Source: Mobula hypostoma
Lineage: Eukaryota
Direction of reading: 5' to 3'
Length of the DNA stretch: 64,000 nt
NCBI RefSeq assembly: GCF_963921235.1
Contig: NC_086109.1
Coordinates: 21,144,001-21,208,000 of the forward strand
The translations under genes and the position numbers were made by a program. The notes under the pieces are model-generated. The model was not told where the DNA came from and did not search any database. It saw only the letters and a program-made list of their open reading frames with translations. The stretch's first letter is position 1. Each line of letters starts with the position of its first letter. Shown piece by piece: positions 1 to 12,399 of the stretch.

Positions 1-788
1 ATATGGGCCAAACGTGGGCAAATGAGACTAGCTTAGACAGGAATCTTGGTCGGCATTGTTGTGCTTGATATTGAGGGAGAGTGCAGAGCACACCAGGATG
101 CCAGCATGCAGGGTATTCCACTGAACTTTATAGATAACACTGCTTGTACAATATGTGAACTCCTTCCACGTGGGAGTGGCTGACTGAGTGGCGTAGGAAT
201 GATACTATTAACTACCACAACAGGTATGATCCAGTTGGGCTGAAGAGTCTTTCTTCTTGCTGTATGACTCTATAGCTCTATTTACATCAAATGCAATTTA
301 ATATAACTTCAGTTTTTTTTCTGAATTTCATTGAGTATCGGCTAGTGCAAGTGGGAAATGGATAGGTCTAAGGAGAGAGCAAGATGGGGTGAGACTAAAC
401 ATGTGGTGGAGACAACAGTTCAGGTTTGATGGGCGATACTTGCTGTGTTAATTCTGCGATACCTGACGGCTAAGATGCCGGTTCCTACTTCAGGCAACCC
501 CCAGCAAGTTCCTGCTCTTCATGCAGAGTTTTAGTTAGGGATAGAAGCAAAGAGTCACTGCTTTTTCTGTCACAGCCTCTGATCAGGAAGCAGAGGAGGC
601 AAGTAGTGGCTGGGTAGCAGATGCACAATTAAAGCCCTTCAATAATTCAGCCTTCCGTCTGTGCCGATGGAGTTGCCAAGATCATTATAACGTGCACACC
701 CATTGCTCTGCACTACTACCATGTACGTTGTACTCTCCACTTTCAAGGGCCAAACAATAATTCATTGGTGTCGATTGTCTCTCCTATC

Positions 789-1705
789 CCATTAATATCC
801 TTGCTGTAATTACAGCTGCCTGATTAGTCCAACAACTTAAACTCCCTATTTTAATTAAACGTCTGTCTCCACAGAACAGAAAATTAAGCCAATGAAATCT
901 GAATCCTTCCTGGAGACAAAGCTCTATGAAAATAAGTTCAGTTTTGCTTCATTTTGTCTCACTAAAGCTGGTTGCTTTGGACTAGTTGAAAACGACACAG
1001 CAAGCCTTCAATGACATATCATAAATCATAACCCCGGTGATTTTTACATAAAGGTCGAACTCTTTAAATAAATTTATATTTGAGGAACGTGCTGAGCATA
1101 TCACAGGGAGATCAGCTTTAAACAGGAGAACTTTACAGCCTTTGACATGAATATTTAAATGACATTTAAAAAAAAATCTGCAAGTGAATAGCGATGTATG
1201 GAATGCTTGATATCTAATAGGCTTGTTCTAGAGCTAATGAGTCAAAAAGAAATCAAAAAGGGAAGAGTCTTTATGTTGCACCTTTCAAATCTATGGGATC
1301 GCTCAAAAATGCTTAATGATAATTAAACATTTCTGAAGGTTAGTTGTGTTAAGCAGACAAATATAGCTGCTAGTTTGTGCCCAGCAAGAGTCATAAATGC
1401 AATAACTTGCCAAGCAATCTGCTCCATTGTTATTGGTGTGCGATAAATATTAACTAGGCTAGTGAAACTCTCTTGTTCTTTAAAAATAGTGACAAGAGAT
1501 CCCTCATTGAGGTCAAAAGCAACTCGCTTCAGTGAGACAGAATGCAGGAAAATTGAACTTATTTTCATAGAGTTTTGTCTTCAGAAAAGATTCAAATTTC
1601 ATTGACTTAATTTCCTGTTCAAAGGAGACAGACTTTTAATTAAAATAGTGTGTTTAAGTTGTTGGACTAATCAGGCGGTCATAATTACAGCAAGGATATT
1701 AATGG
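789..1705. repeat. Long inverted repeat (arms 789-982 and 1512-1705)
   Basis: Hand alignment of 789-982 to the reverse complement of 1512-1705: 194 nt, about 25 mismatches, no indels. Confidence 0.93.
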
Positions 1706-1712
1706 AAAATCA

Positions 1713-1835
1713 TAAACACAAGAGATTCAGCAGATGCTGGAAATCCAAAGCAACACACCCAAAATGGTGGAGGAACTCAGCGGGTCAGGCAGCATCTCTG
1801 GAAATAGTTGACTTTTTGGGCTAAGACCCTTCTTC
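1713..1835 (-). mobile_element. Short Penelope-like terminal fragment inserted in the right arm of the inverted repeat
   Basis: cacaagagattcagcagatgctggaaatccaaagcaacacac...ctcagcgggtcaggcagcatc matches the terminal motif seen on Penelope-like fragments elsewhere in the window (e.g. 25390-25480). Confidence 0.7.
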
Positions 1836-2479
1836 CCTTCTTGGGGTAGGAAAGACAAGCTACACAATGAAATATTTCAAAGAGAATAGTAACGAGTAGA
1901 CATGTTACTAGTGCTGACAAGGTTTGGCTGATGACACCTCTGTCAGTGCAGCACCTCCTCAATATTGAAGTGAATGTCAAGTGACATTTAAAATGCAGCA
2001 ACAAAACTAGAAATACCTAATCTCTGACTCGGAGGAAAGAGGTTAGGGATTATCAATTAAACAGAAATAAAGAAAACAAAACAAAATTGTGAGTGACAGA
2101 ATTCTTCATTAAAAAGCATTGGATTTTTTTCATATGTGTTTAATCGATTAATAGCTGAAGTGCTTAAACATGCTTAAGCCCGCAGTGTCAATCATCAGCT
2201 GCTTGTTGCTGCATTCTGTGTCTGCTTGCTGGCAAAGCTGTCAATTGGAATATAGGGTTGGAAGAAATGCTGAGCTGATCCATCGTTGCAACAGCTCACT
2301 TAGTCAACATTCTGAACTCTTCTTACTTTATAAAGACATCGGCAGTGTTGAAATGGGAAAGGTTCTCTGTGCAGTAGAACTAGATGATGGTGTAATGCTG
2401 AGATCTGCCACCAGAGGCTGCAATTCCCTGCAGTGATGATAATTCTTTATAACCCTCGCCAAGGGTGTCCAGAAGCAAC

Positions 2480-2985
2480 ATGGTATAGAGTCCTAGAAGT
2501 TTACATCTCTTCAGCCCAATGAATCAACTACAGTGCCTAACTAGTTAGTCCCAATTTCCTGCATTTGGCCCATATCCTTTTAAGCCCACCCCCTCAATTT
2601 GCCTACGACCAAGAGAAAATCTGCAGATGCTGGAAATCAAAGTAACTCTGATGAGTTCCTCTAGCATTTTGTGTGTGTTACTTCAATCCAAGTTCTGCTT
2701 AACGATACTATTGTACCTGGCCTAAACACTTCCTCTAGCAGTTCATTCCACATAATCACCATGCCCTGCATGAAAATGTTGTCCCTCAGGACCCTTTCTG
2801 ATACAAATGTACTTCCCCTCTCACCCTAAATCTTTGCCCCTAGTTTCCCTACCCTGGGGCAAAGACTGTTACTGTCCACTTTTTCAATGCCTCTCATATG
2901 ACATGTTCCTGTGACATTGTCCCTCATTCTCCTATGTTCCAAGCCATAAAGAACTAACCTGACTGACCATCTCCCTACAGTTACA
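2480..2985 (-). mobile_element. Degenerate CR1 LINE 3' end, interrupted by a short Penelope-terminal fragment (~2630-2680)
   Basis: Similar to the better-preserved CR1 3' ends at 35902-36586 and 57082-57600. Confidence 0.6.
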
Positions 2986-3099
2986 TCGTATTCAGCTCTG
3001 ACTAACTTTTAGCCCTTGTGTTCCTTTGTTTCAATAATGAGTGTAGATTGAACTTGAAGAAGGGTCTCAGCCTGAAATGTTGACAGTTTATTAATTTCC

Positions 3100-3582
3100 T
3101 TTTCTTTTTCAATCTTTTTATGGTTTCAAAATGATAAACATAACAATGATAATGATACAAAGAGATCCGGATTACATTAATAACGGTTAACGTATACAGA
3201 CACAGTCTCCGAGTAACATATTTAATTTAAACCTCCCAATCTCTTAATAGCTGAACATGAAAAAGATTCAAAAAAAAAAGTTTTTACCCCCTTTGCTAAA
3301 AAAAACAAAACAAAACAAAACTGGGCTGTCATATTTCATCGGTTAAGATCATTATTTGTCATTAACTCCGCTCCTCTATACATAAACAAAAAGTTATTAA
3401 AAAGGATTTGGAGAAGGTCAACTTACGTCATATGAAAATGTTGAATAAATGGCCTCCAAGTTTCTTCAAATTTAACCGAAGGATCAGTGGTACCACTCCT
3501 AATTTTTTCCAAATTTAAACATATTATAGTTTGGGAAAACCATTGAAATGTAGTAGGGGGATTAGAATCTTTCCATTTAAAT
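3100..3582 (-). mobile_element. 5'-truncated L1/Tx1-type LINE 3' end
   Basis: Minus strand reads FKWKDSNPPTTFQWFSQTIICLNLEKIRSGTTDPSVKFEETWRPFIQHFHMT* (stop at 3423-25), resembling an L1 ORF2 C-terminus. A-rich tail near 3100. Flanking direct repeat ATTTCC at 3094-3099 and 3583-3588. Confidence 0.75.
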
Positions 3583-4095
3583 ATTTCCATAGATGCCGAG
3601 TTCCTCCAGCATTTTGCGTATGTTGCTATGGTCTAAACTTGCTGGTTTTGTGTGATAGTGGTTCTGGATACTGGGGATGTTGCGTGCGAGAAAAAGATAA
3701 AACCATATGAATCAGAATCGGAATCAAAATTAAGTTTAATATCACTGGAATATATCGTGAAATATGTTGCTTTGTGGCAGAGTACATCGCAATACATAAT
3801 AAACTGAATTTTCAAAGCTTTCCCCTCCATGAACCTCAACTAAAATTAATTCTATCCCGTCCCACATCCATGAATCCCACTTCTTTCTGAAACTGAAGCT
3901 CAATGAGATATTGGTAAATCTTTTGAACTACAAATCCTGTTAACCCTCTCTGTGACCTGACCCTTCCAAGAACTGAGCTACAGTGAATGCTGCCTCATCC
4001 TGTGAAGACGGTCTGTTGCTTGACAGTGCTCACTGTCTTTTATGTGAAAAATAACGTAGCAATGGTGATTCAGGACCATCAGCTCCAGGGATTTA

Positions 4096-4632
4096 CACTC
4101 AGGGGCCATTTTATTAGGTGCCTCCTGTGGCCAATGAAGTTGTCACTAAGTACATGCTTGTGGACTTCTGCTGCTGTGAACCATCACAGATGCTCTTCTG
4201 CACACCACTGTTAGAACGTGTCGCTATTTGAATTACAGTCGCCTTCCTGTCAGCTTGAACCAGTCTGGCTATTTTCCTCTGACCTCTCTCATTAACAAGG
4301 CATTTTCAGCCACAGAACTACTGCTCACTGGATGTTATTTGTTTTTTGCGCCATTCTCTGTAAACTTTAAAGACGGTTGTGCGTGAAAATCCCAGGAAAT
4401 CAACAGTTCGTGAGACACTGAAAACACTCCGTCGCCAACAGTCATTCCACAGTCAAAGTCACTTAGACCACATTTCTTCTCCATTCTAAAGTTTGCTCTG
4501 AACAACAACTGAACCTCTTGACCATGTCTGCATGCTTTTATGGACTGAGTAGCTGCCACAGGATTGGCTGATTAGATGCATACATTAGTGCATAGGTGTA
4601 CAGGTGTACCTAATAAAAGTGGTCACTGAGTG
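4096..4632 (-). mobile_element. Internally deleted Tc1/mariner element
   Basis: TIRs cactcaggggccattttattagg / cctaataaaagtggtcactgagtg, with TA on both sides (4094-95, 4633-34). Minus-strand ORF 4335..4559 has Tc1 N-terminal-like text (KKCGLSDFDCGMTVG). Confidence 0.85.
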
Positions 4633-5000
4633 TATATTCGATTTTGATGTTGGCTGTAGTTTGTGTACAGTTTGCACATTCTCCCAGCGACTTTGTGACT
4701 TTCTACTAGGTGCTTGGTTTTCTCCTACGCCTGAAAAATACACCGGTGGGTAAATTGTCACTTAATGTAAGTGAGTGTCAAAAGAATCAAAGGAGATTCT
4801 TTGTGAAAAGTAGTAAATTGTAGGGCTACAGAGAAATAAGGAGGAGGGAATTAGTCTGATGGGATTGCTGTTTTAGGAGCAGTATTGACCCAATGGGCTG
4901 AACAGCCCCCTTCTCTACAAGTTTTCAATTTTTTTCTATGGAAGGAGTCCTGAAGTTGCTGCCCAAACGCCTTGCTCTTTTGGTAAGCTTGTTTTTCACA

Positions 5001-6605
5001 GAGACACGAGAGATGTGTCTGCAGATGGTGGAAATCTTGAGCAACACATACAAAATGCTGGAGGAACTTAGCAGGTGGGTTATGGAGGGAAATGAAGAGC
5101 TGATGGCTTTGGCCCAGACCCTACATCAGGTCTGGAAAGGAAGGGGACAGGAGAGAGTGAGGCCTCTGTCAGCCAGGGTCTAGATATGCAAGCCTGGACA
5201 GTACAATATGGAGAGCAAACTGTTGCCTGTGTAGCAAGCTCCCCCCTCCATGCATCTGATGAACCCAAAGGAATGGTGGAGACCGATACAATTTGGTACC
5301 AGCAGCATAGCAGGAGTTGCCAGTCAGCGTTGAACTCAACATGGGACTGATCTGGGGACTCCAGCTCTGGGATTTTCCCTCGGGGTTTACTTGTGAAGCC
5401 TTCCCCATGAGAGGGTATAGCTGCAAGACAGCAGATGTTTGAGATCAGAGTTTTTCAAAGTTTTAAAGGTTTCAAAGGTACATTTAATGTCAGAGAAATG
5501 TATACATTATACAAACGTACATTCTTTGCAACCATCCACGAAAACAGAGTGCCCCAAAGAATGAATGACAGTTAAATGTTAGAACCCCAAAGCCCCCCAA
5601 CTCCCCACTCCCACACATAAGCAGCAGCAAAGCAACAGCATCCCCCTCCCCCACCAGCAAAAAGCATCGGAACCCCCTGCCGAGCACTCAACCATGCAGC
5701 AAAGCATCAATAAAGACACAGACTTGCAGTACCCCAAAGACTATTCATTCATCCGGTAATTCGACATACCACAGGTTCTCCCTTTCTCTAATAAGGGAAA
5801 AAGAGATGTCTCCGTTTCACAGCGGGAGGGGAGACATAACAAACAACTCACTGATTTATGTTAAAAGTCCATTGTGGCGCTTTTTCGGAGCTCTGTGCCC
5901 AAAGAACTCGGGTCCCTGGGCACACAGCCAGCAGCCAGCTTGCTGGTTTCGATCTTCCATCTCCCACGACACTACGATTTCCAGCAGAGGCACTGACCTC
6001 AAGTCGGCCCGCCTCCACAGTCACAAAATCCTGAAACCCGGAAGGCACGCTGATTTTCTAGCCGCTTCCATGGTATATTGAATAATGGGCAGTCGTGAGA
6101 CCTGGAGAGCGGGTCCCATTCCCGCAAAGAACCAAAGTCAGCTCATCTCTTAGATGAGCTGCCAACCATAACTGACAAGCCCCATCTACCTGAAGCGACT
6201 TGTTTGAAGGGGCCAGTAATCCGCCTTTGCCTGCTCTCCTGTCAGTAGAAACGATTCCGCCGGCCTTAGTAGCTAAGCCACACGTGAAGGCCAGCAGCTG
6301 GACTTGGTTGTCAGAGGCTATTTGAGATGCACGCTGAAGCCAGAGTAAGATGCTGGCGGGTGTCAGGCAAAACCAGGTAAGGGAGGAGGGGATGAAGTAA
6401 GAAGCTGGAAGGTGATAGGTGGAAGAGGTAAAGGGCTGGGGAAGAAGGAATCTGATAGGAGGGGGCAGAAAACCATGGAGGAAAAGGAAGGAGGAGGAGA
6501 ATCATAGGGAGGTTTTGGGCAGGAGATAAGACAAATGGTGAAGGGGTAACTAGAATGGGAAATGAGAACAGAGAAGGAGAGAAGGGAGAGAAATTACTCG
6601 AACTT
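5001..6605 (-). mobile_element. Nested cluster: Penelope-like terminus (5001-5150, 6336-6605) containing a dispersed repeat (5151-5455, 6142-6335), which contains a third element (5456-6141)
   Basis: The outer halves rejoin as in 39961-39990. The middle halves rejoin as in the uninterrupted copy at 10780-11330. Confidence 0.72.
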
Positions 6606-6659
6606 AGGCCCATTGTTTCTGTCTGCTCCTGCCACACTGAACCCGAATCTGCATCCCCT

Positions 6660-7878
6660 CAATTCTATTTTGTTTCCCCTTGGTGTGTGATACTTCACAC
6701 GCTCTCGATCACTTCAATCACTTTAGGTTTCCTGGCCCTAATTGTCTCTTCTTCACTAAGGGTGTTCAATCCCGATAAACTTCTATCTCCCTTAAAGCTC
6801 TCTGCTTCTTTTTGGACAACAGAGCTAACTAGCTGCCCTCCACCACCTTCCTCCTCCATCTGATGAACAAAGTTCTCACCTTCAACAGTCTCTCTTTCAG
6901 CTCCTCCGACTTTCTCCAAACCCAAGGTGTAGCCATGGTCACCTTCATAGGCCTCAGCTATGCCTGTGTTTTTGTCGGCTATGTGGAACCGTCCATGTTC
7001 CAAGCATCCACTGGTAATGCTCGCCATCTCTATCTACACTACACTGATAAATGCATTGGTGCTGCTTCCTGCACCCATGCTGAGCTCGTCAATTTCATCA
7101 ACTTAACCTCCAACTTTCACCCTATCCTCAAGTTTACTTGGTCTACTTATGACACCTCTCTCCCCTTTCATGATCACTCTGTCTCCATCTCTACTGATAT
7201 ATTTTATAAATCTACTGATTCTTACAGTCATTTTGACCAAAGCTCTTCTCACTGTGTTACTTGTAAAAAAATGCTATTTCCCTTTTTCAGTTCTTCTGTC
7301 TCTGCCACATCTCAGGATGAAGCTTACCACTCTAGAACAACTGATGTGTCCTCCTTCCCTTCCTTTCCATCCCATCACCATTGATGCTACCCTCAATTAT
7401 ATCTCCTCTATTTCCTGCACATCTGTCTCATCCCATCCTCCCGGCACCATTAAAGAGATAAGGTATGTACCATCTTTACCCACCATCCCATGAGGTCTGG
7501 ATCCATCAAATCATTACCTGTAACTTCTGCCATCTACATCAGGATCCTACCAGCAAGCACATCTTTCCCTCCCCTCCTGATTCTTCGCTTTCTGCAGGGA
7601 TCACTGTGCGTGACTTCCTTGCCCACTTCATCCCCTCCCACTGTTCTCCCTCCCAAAGAGTTATTCCAAGTGGGGTGACACCTCACCTGCGAGTCTGTGA
7701 GGCCACCTACTGTATCTGTTGCCACCCGCGCAGTATCCTCTGCGTTGGCGAGACCTGACGTAGACTGGGGAACTGCTTCATCGAGCACCTTCTCTCCACA
7801 ACTGCAAAAGGTGGGATTTCCCAGTTGCCACCCATTTCATTCTGACCTCTCTGTCCGTGGCCTCCTCTACTGCCATGA
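6660..7878 (+). mobile_element. Decayed Penelope-like element (RT plus GIY-YIG remnants)
   Basis: ORF 6863..7384 has QTQGVAMVTFIGLSYACVFVGYVE, LYLHYTDKCIG (decayed RYIDD) and FHPILKFTWS...DIFYKSTD. Downstream YCICC...LCVGET is a GIY-YIG-like motif. Frameshifted. Confidence 0.85.
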
Positions 7879-8494
7879 GCTGCTCATACAACCATTCACC
7901 ACCTGCTCTCATGGCTTCGTGTGACTCTGATCGGTGTGGCTAAGCAGGTGCTACACCTTGCCCAAGGATGACCTGCAGGCTAGCAGAGGGAAGGAGTGCC
8001 TTATTCCTCCTTTTGTACAGAGGTATCTCCACCCTGCCACCCAACTACTTAACAAGAGTAGTTTAAAAAATTGGAGATTTAAAAAAAAGTATTTTCTGAC
8101 CCTCTTTCTCTAAATTCAATTTTTTTTCCTGCTCCGCCCACCCCATTCTTTCTATATGTGCTTTTGCATTGAATTTGATCACTCAGTACTTCTTTCCCAG
8201 TTCATGCTCTTTGCTACTCGATAACCATTCGTCAGTAGTTTGCTTGTTAAGGAGACACACTATTGTTTATTCTCTTCACACAGGTCACTACAGGTGCCCT
8301 TATGGAGAGGACACATTGTTTGATTGTCCTGCTGCCAGTAACATGCCTGAAGAGTTTTGATTATTGGGAAAGAAATAAGATGCAAAAATTCTTTTTTTAA
8401 GTATTCCTTCTCAGGATACAAGCTTCACACTGAAGGGTGGTGGTTATTGACCATCATTTGATAATGTATTGAATACCGTAGCCTACGTTGTGAG

Positions 8495-8815
8495 GAAAAC
8501 TGATCTCAAACCTCTGATGCCTTGCGGCTATATCCACTCATGGAGAAGACTTCAGGAGTAAACCACGAGGGAAAAGTTCAGAGCTGGCATCCCTCAGGCA
8601 GTCCTACATTGAGTTCAATGCTGGCTGGCAACTCCTGCAATGCCGCTGGTACCAAACCATATTGGTCTCTGCAGTTCCTTCAGGTTCATCAGATGCGTGG
8701 AGAGGGGGAGCTTGCTACATAGGCAATAGCTTGCTCTCCATATCGTACTGCCCAGGCTTTCTTATCTAGACAGTTAGATCACCATATCCACGGTCAGCTC
8801 TGGCTGATGGAGGCC
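8495..8815 (-). mobile_element. Dispersed repeat, same family as 5151-6335 and 10780-11330
   Basis: Reverse complement shares ggtaccagc..gcaggagttgccagc/tcagc.ttgaactcaa with the other copies. Confidence 0.7.
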
Positions 8816-8879
8816 CTCACCTCACGACAGTTGTGAGGTGTTGATGAAGTGGAGAATGGTGTCAAAATGGTGTGTGTCA

Positions 8880-9668
8880 TAAGAACCCAAGAAACAGGAG
8901 CAGGAGTGGGCCATCTGGCCTGTCGAGCCTGCTCCGCCATTCAATAAGATCGTGGCTGAACTCGTCAGGGACTCATCTCTGCCAACCTGCCTTTTTGCCT
9001 TAATCTTTAATTCCCCTTCTATGCAAAAATCTATCCAGCCTTGTCTTAAGTATATTCACTGAGGTAGCCTCCACTGTTTCATTGGGCAGAGAATTCCACA
9101 GATTCACTACTCTCTGGGAAAAGCAGTTCGTTCTCATCTCCGTCCTAAATCTCCCCACATCTTGTGGCTGTGTTCCTTAGTCCTAATCTCACCTACCGGT
9201 GGAGACAACTTTCCTGCCTCTATCTTACCTATCCCTTTCATAATTATATATGTTTCTATAAGATCTCCTCTCATTCTTCTGAATTTCATCAAGTACAATC
9301 CCAGGTGACTCAATCTCTCCTTATGGTCTAAACCTGTCATCCCTGGAATCGACCTGGTGAACTTTCTCAGCCCTGCCTCCAAAGCCAGTATATCCTCCTT
9401 CAAGTAAGGAGACCAGAACTGGATGCAGTTCTCAAGGTGCGGCCTATCCAGTACCCTGTACAGTTGCAGCATAACCTCCCTGCTTTTAAATTCAATCCCT
9501 CCAGCAATGAAGGCCAACGTTCCATTTGCTTTCTTGAAAGCCTGGTTCACCCACAAACCGACATTTTGTGATTCATGCACAGGCACTCCCAAGTCCCCCT
9601 GCACAGCAGCGTAACGCAATTTTTTTCCCAATCAAATAATAATCTGCTCTTCCATGTTTCCTTCCAAG
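8880..9668 (-). mobile_element. CR1 LINE 3' fragment
   Basis: ORF 9134..9631: DLGVPVHES...KANGTLAFI...LYRVLDRPHLENCIQFWSPYL...RRMRGDLIETY, the CR1 ORF2 C-terminal region. Confidence 0.9.
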
Positions 9669-9932
9669 TGATCTGAAGTAGAACAATGTATGAGACTGCA
9701 GATGCTGGAATCTCGAGACAAGCTAACTGCTGGAGGAGTTTAGCAGGTCAAGCAGCATCTGTGGGAGGGAAGGTGTCATCAACGTTAAGGGTCCTGATTT
9801 TGGTTTTCCACCGAAAATGTCAGCAGCTCCCTCCCCTCACCACCTCCCTCCACAGATACTGCTCAACCTGTGAGCTCCTCCGGCGGATTGTTTGCTGTTG
9901 AGGAGAAGTGTGGTGCTGTCATATGTCTTCAG

Positions 9933-10145
9933 AGCAGCATGGTAGTGTAACACCATTACAGCCCCAATGAGCTGCTTCAGTTGCCGCTGTTCTCTGGAAG
10001 GAGTTTGTGCGTTCTCCCCGCGAGCGCCTGATTTTCCTCCAGTTGCTCTGGTTTCCTCCCACATTCTAAAGACGTACGGGTTAGTCGGGTAATTGGTCAT
10101 TGGGTTGGCAGAACCTGTTACCGTGCTGTATCTCTAAATAAAATA
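9933..10145 (+). mobile_element. tRNA-derived V-SINE-like element
   Basis: V-domain-like ggagtttgtgcgttctcccc...ggtttcctcccacattctaaagacgtac and a tail ending gtatctctaaataaaata. Confidence 0.7.
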
Positions 10146-10779
10146 TAGTAAAATCTTCTGTACTTGTTTTGTGTGGTGGGGCCAGTGGGTTTGCAGAACC
10201 AATGGGAACCAGGTGGATACGGTGATGAAGTGATTACAGTGAGTTATATGGACCAGTATTCTCCTGAACTTAGGGTTATCTTCATACCTGATAATTTGTG
10301 ATGCCATGTTGAACGCTGAAGCAGCAGAGGTCATATTGTAGTGCAGGGGTCACCTCCCTAGGGTGATAAGCACGAGTTATAGAGCACAGGACAAGACGAA
10401 AAACTGACTAGTTACCAAAAGGTTAAATGCTGAGTAACATTTGCAGCCATTAACTCTGACTATTAATTAATGTTTTTAATGATAATTACTATAACTGAAC
10501 TGAAAATCAGGCACATTATCTAATTATGGGTTCCTTTGGCTCCTTTTCACATTTGGCTGAACTGACAAGTTAATTAGTGGAAAGTTCCAATATTAATCTT
10601 TGCATTCCATTTGAAATGTTAAAATGCCATTTTACCTCCAGCATAGACATGACTGGCTCTTCTTTTCGATTCTGTTTAATATAAACATGCCACGTGAATT
10701 TAATGAACAGGATGGGATTTAATGAGCTCTTCATTCAGCTTCAAGCTCATAGTTTGCAGAACCCAATGAGGTTCTCCAT

Positions 10780-11330
10780 TTGTGGAGGTTGACTACAGAT
10801 GCTGCGTCCTAGCGGTCTACAAAATACACAAGCCAGGTCAGTACGATATGGCTGTTGCCCACATAGGGGGCTCCCTCTCTCTAAGTAGCTGATAAATCCA
10901 AAGGAATGGCAGAGACTTGATACAGTTTGGCACCAGCAGTGTCACGGGAGCTGCCAGTCAACCTTGAACTCATTGTAGGAATGCCTTAGGGACTCCAGAC
11001 TATTCCTCTGGGTTTACTCCAGAAGACTTTCCCATGTGTGAAGAGCAGCAGCGGTTTGAGATCAGATTTTTTTCTTCTCCAATATGAGTTACCGACAAAG
11101 GCTGATGAGCCCTTCTGCCTGAAGCAACAGGTTTTAAGGAACTAGTAGCCTGCCCTTTCCCTTCCTCCTGTCAGTAGGAACAGTTCTGTTGGGCTTAGTA
11201 ACTAAACCACATATAAATGTCAGGAGCTGGACTTGGTTGTCAGAGGCTAATTGAGACACAAGCAATTGGGAGCATTTAATAGGTAGTGGGGCTCATCCCC
11301 ACTATCACCCCAGCTATCACAACCTTCGAG
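10780..11330 (+). mobile_element. Dispersed SINE-like repeat (uninterrupted copy)
   Basis: Homologous to 5151-5455 plus 6142-6335 and to 8495-8815. Confidence 0.7.
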
Positions 11331-11714
11331 AACCACCTTGTGTAGAATAAGGCTACTCAGCTCTTAGAGATATCTAGTTAGTTTTATTAGTCTCTTCCCT
11401 TTAGCCATAACTGCACAATTTTCCCTCCATTCAATGTTTATCCAGTATTCTTTGAAAGTTTCCATTGAAGTTGCTTTTCAGCAGATCATTCTGGATCAGC
11501 AAGGTGAAATTATGATTCTCTTCATCTGCTGATGGAGTCAAGTATCATGAAGCCACCTTTCTAGTTACCAAGTATCATAAAGCTTCTCTCCCAGCTGGGT
11601 TGTAGAAGAAATTTCTTCTTACTTATCCTGTTCAAGGTTCTTATAATTTTGAACATTATTAGGAATGTTAGAGCACAGACATAAAAAATAAGAGCTGGCT
11701 TAGTCCAGATGGCC

Positions 11715-12170
11715 ATTAGACCATAAGATATGGGAGCAGAATTAGGCCATCTGACCCATTGAGTCTGCTCCGCACTCAGTCATGGCTGATCCTTTTTTTT
11801 TCTCCTCCTCAACCCCAGTTCAATGATTATGTTCAATGATTTTGCTTCTATGGCTCTCTGGAGCCAAGAATACCAAAGGTTCATGATCTTCTGAGAGAAA
11901 TCTCACCTCACATCTGTCTTAAGTGGGCAAGCCTTTATTCTGAAATGATGACCTCTAGCTTTAGATAACTCCATGTGGAGAAACCTTCTCCCTGTGTCCA
12001 TCTTCAGAATCTTACGTGATTCAATAAGATCACCTCTTGTTCTTCTAAACTATCAATGAGCTTAGGTCTAATTTGCTTACATTCTCGTCATATGTCAACG
12101 CTTCATACCAGCAATCAAAAGTAACGATTGCCTGAACTGCCTCTAGTGCAAATACATTATTCCTTAAGCA
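11715..12170 (-). mobile_element. Degenerate CR1 3' end
   Basis: Starts agaccataagatatgggagcagaattaggccat, as at 31965. Confidence 0.65.
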
Positions 12171-12399
12171 TGCAGTTCTCCGGTTCTGTAAATGATTTGA
12201 ATGCAAATGTATCGTTAAATAAGCAGAGCGAAAAAAAAGTAGTGAGGTAGTGTTCATGGTTTCAATGTCTATTCAGAAATTGGATGGCAAAGGGGAAGAA
12301 GGTGTTCTTGAATCTTGCGAGTGTGTGCCTTCATGCTCCTGTACCTCCTCCCTGATGCTAGCAATAAGAAGAGGCATGTCCTAGGTGATGGGGTATAGG

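Noticed and set aside
561..620. Acceptor-like ctttttctgtcacag as a possible 5' UTR exon
   Set aside because: No convincing donor nearby; cannot be supported without transcript data.
2170..2436. 88-aa ORF with a signal-peptide-like, Cys-containing start (MLKPAVSIISCLLLHSVSAC...)
   Set aside because: No recognisable family and no phase-compatible strong donor. The exon at 25529 fits TAFA far better.
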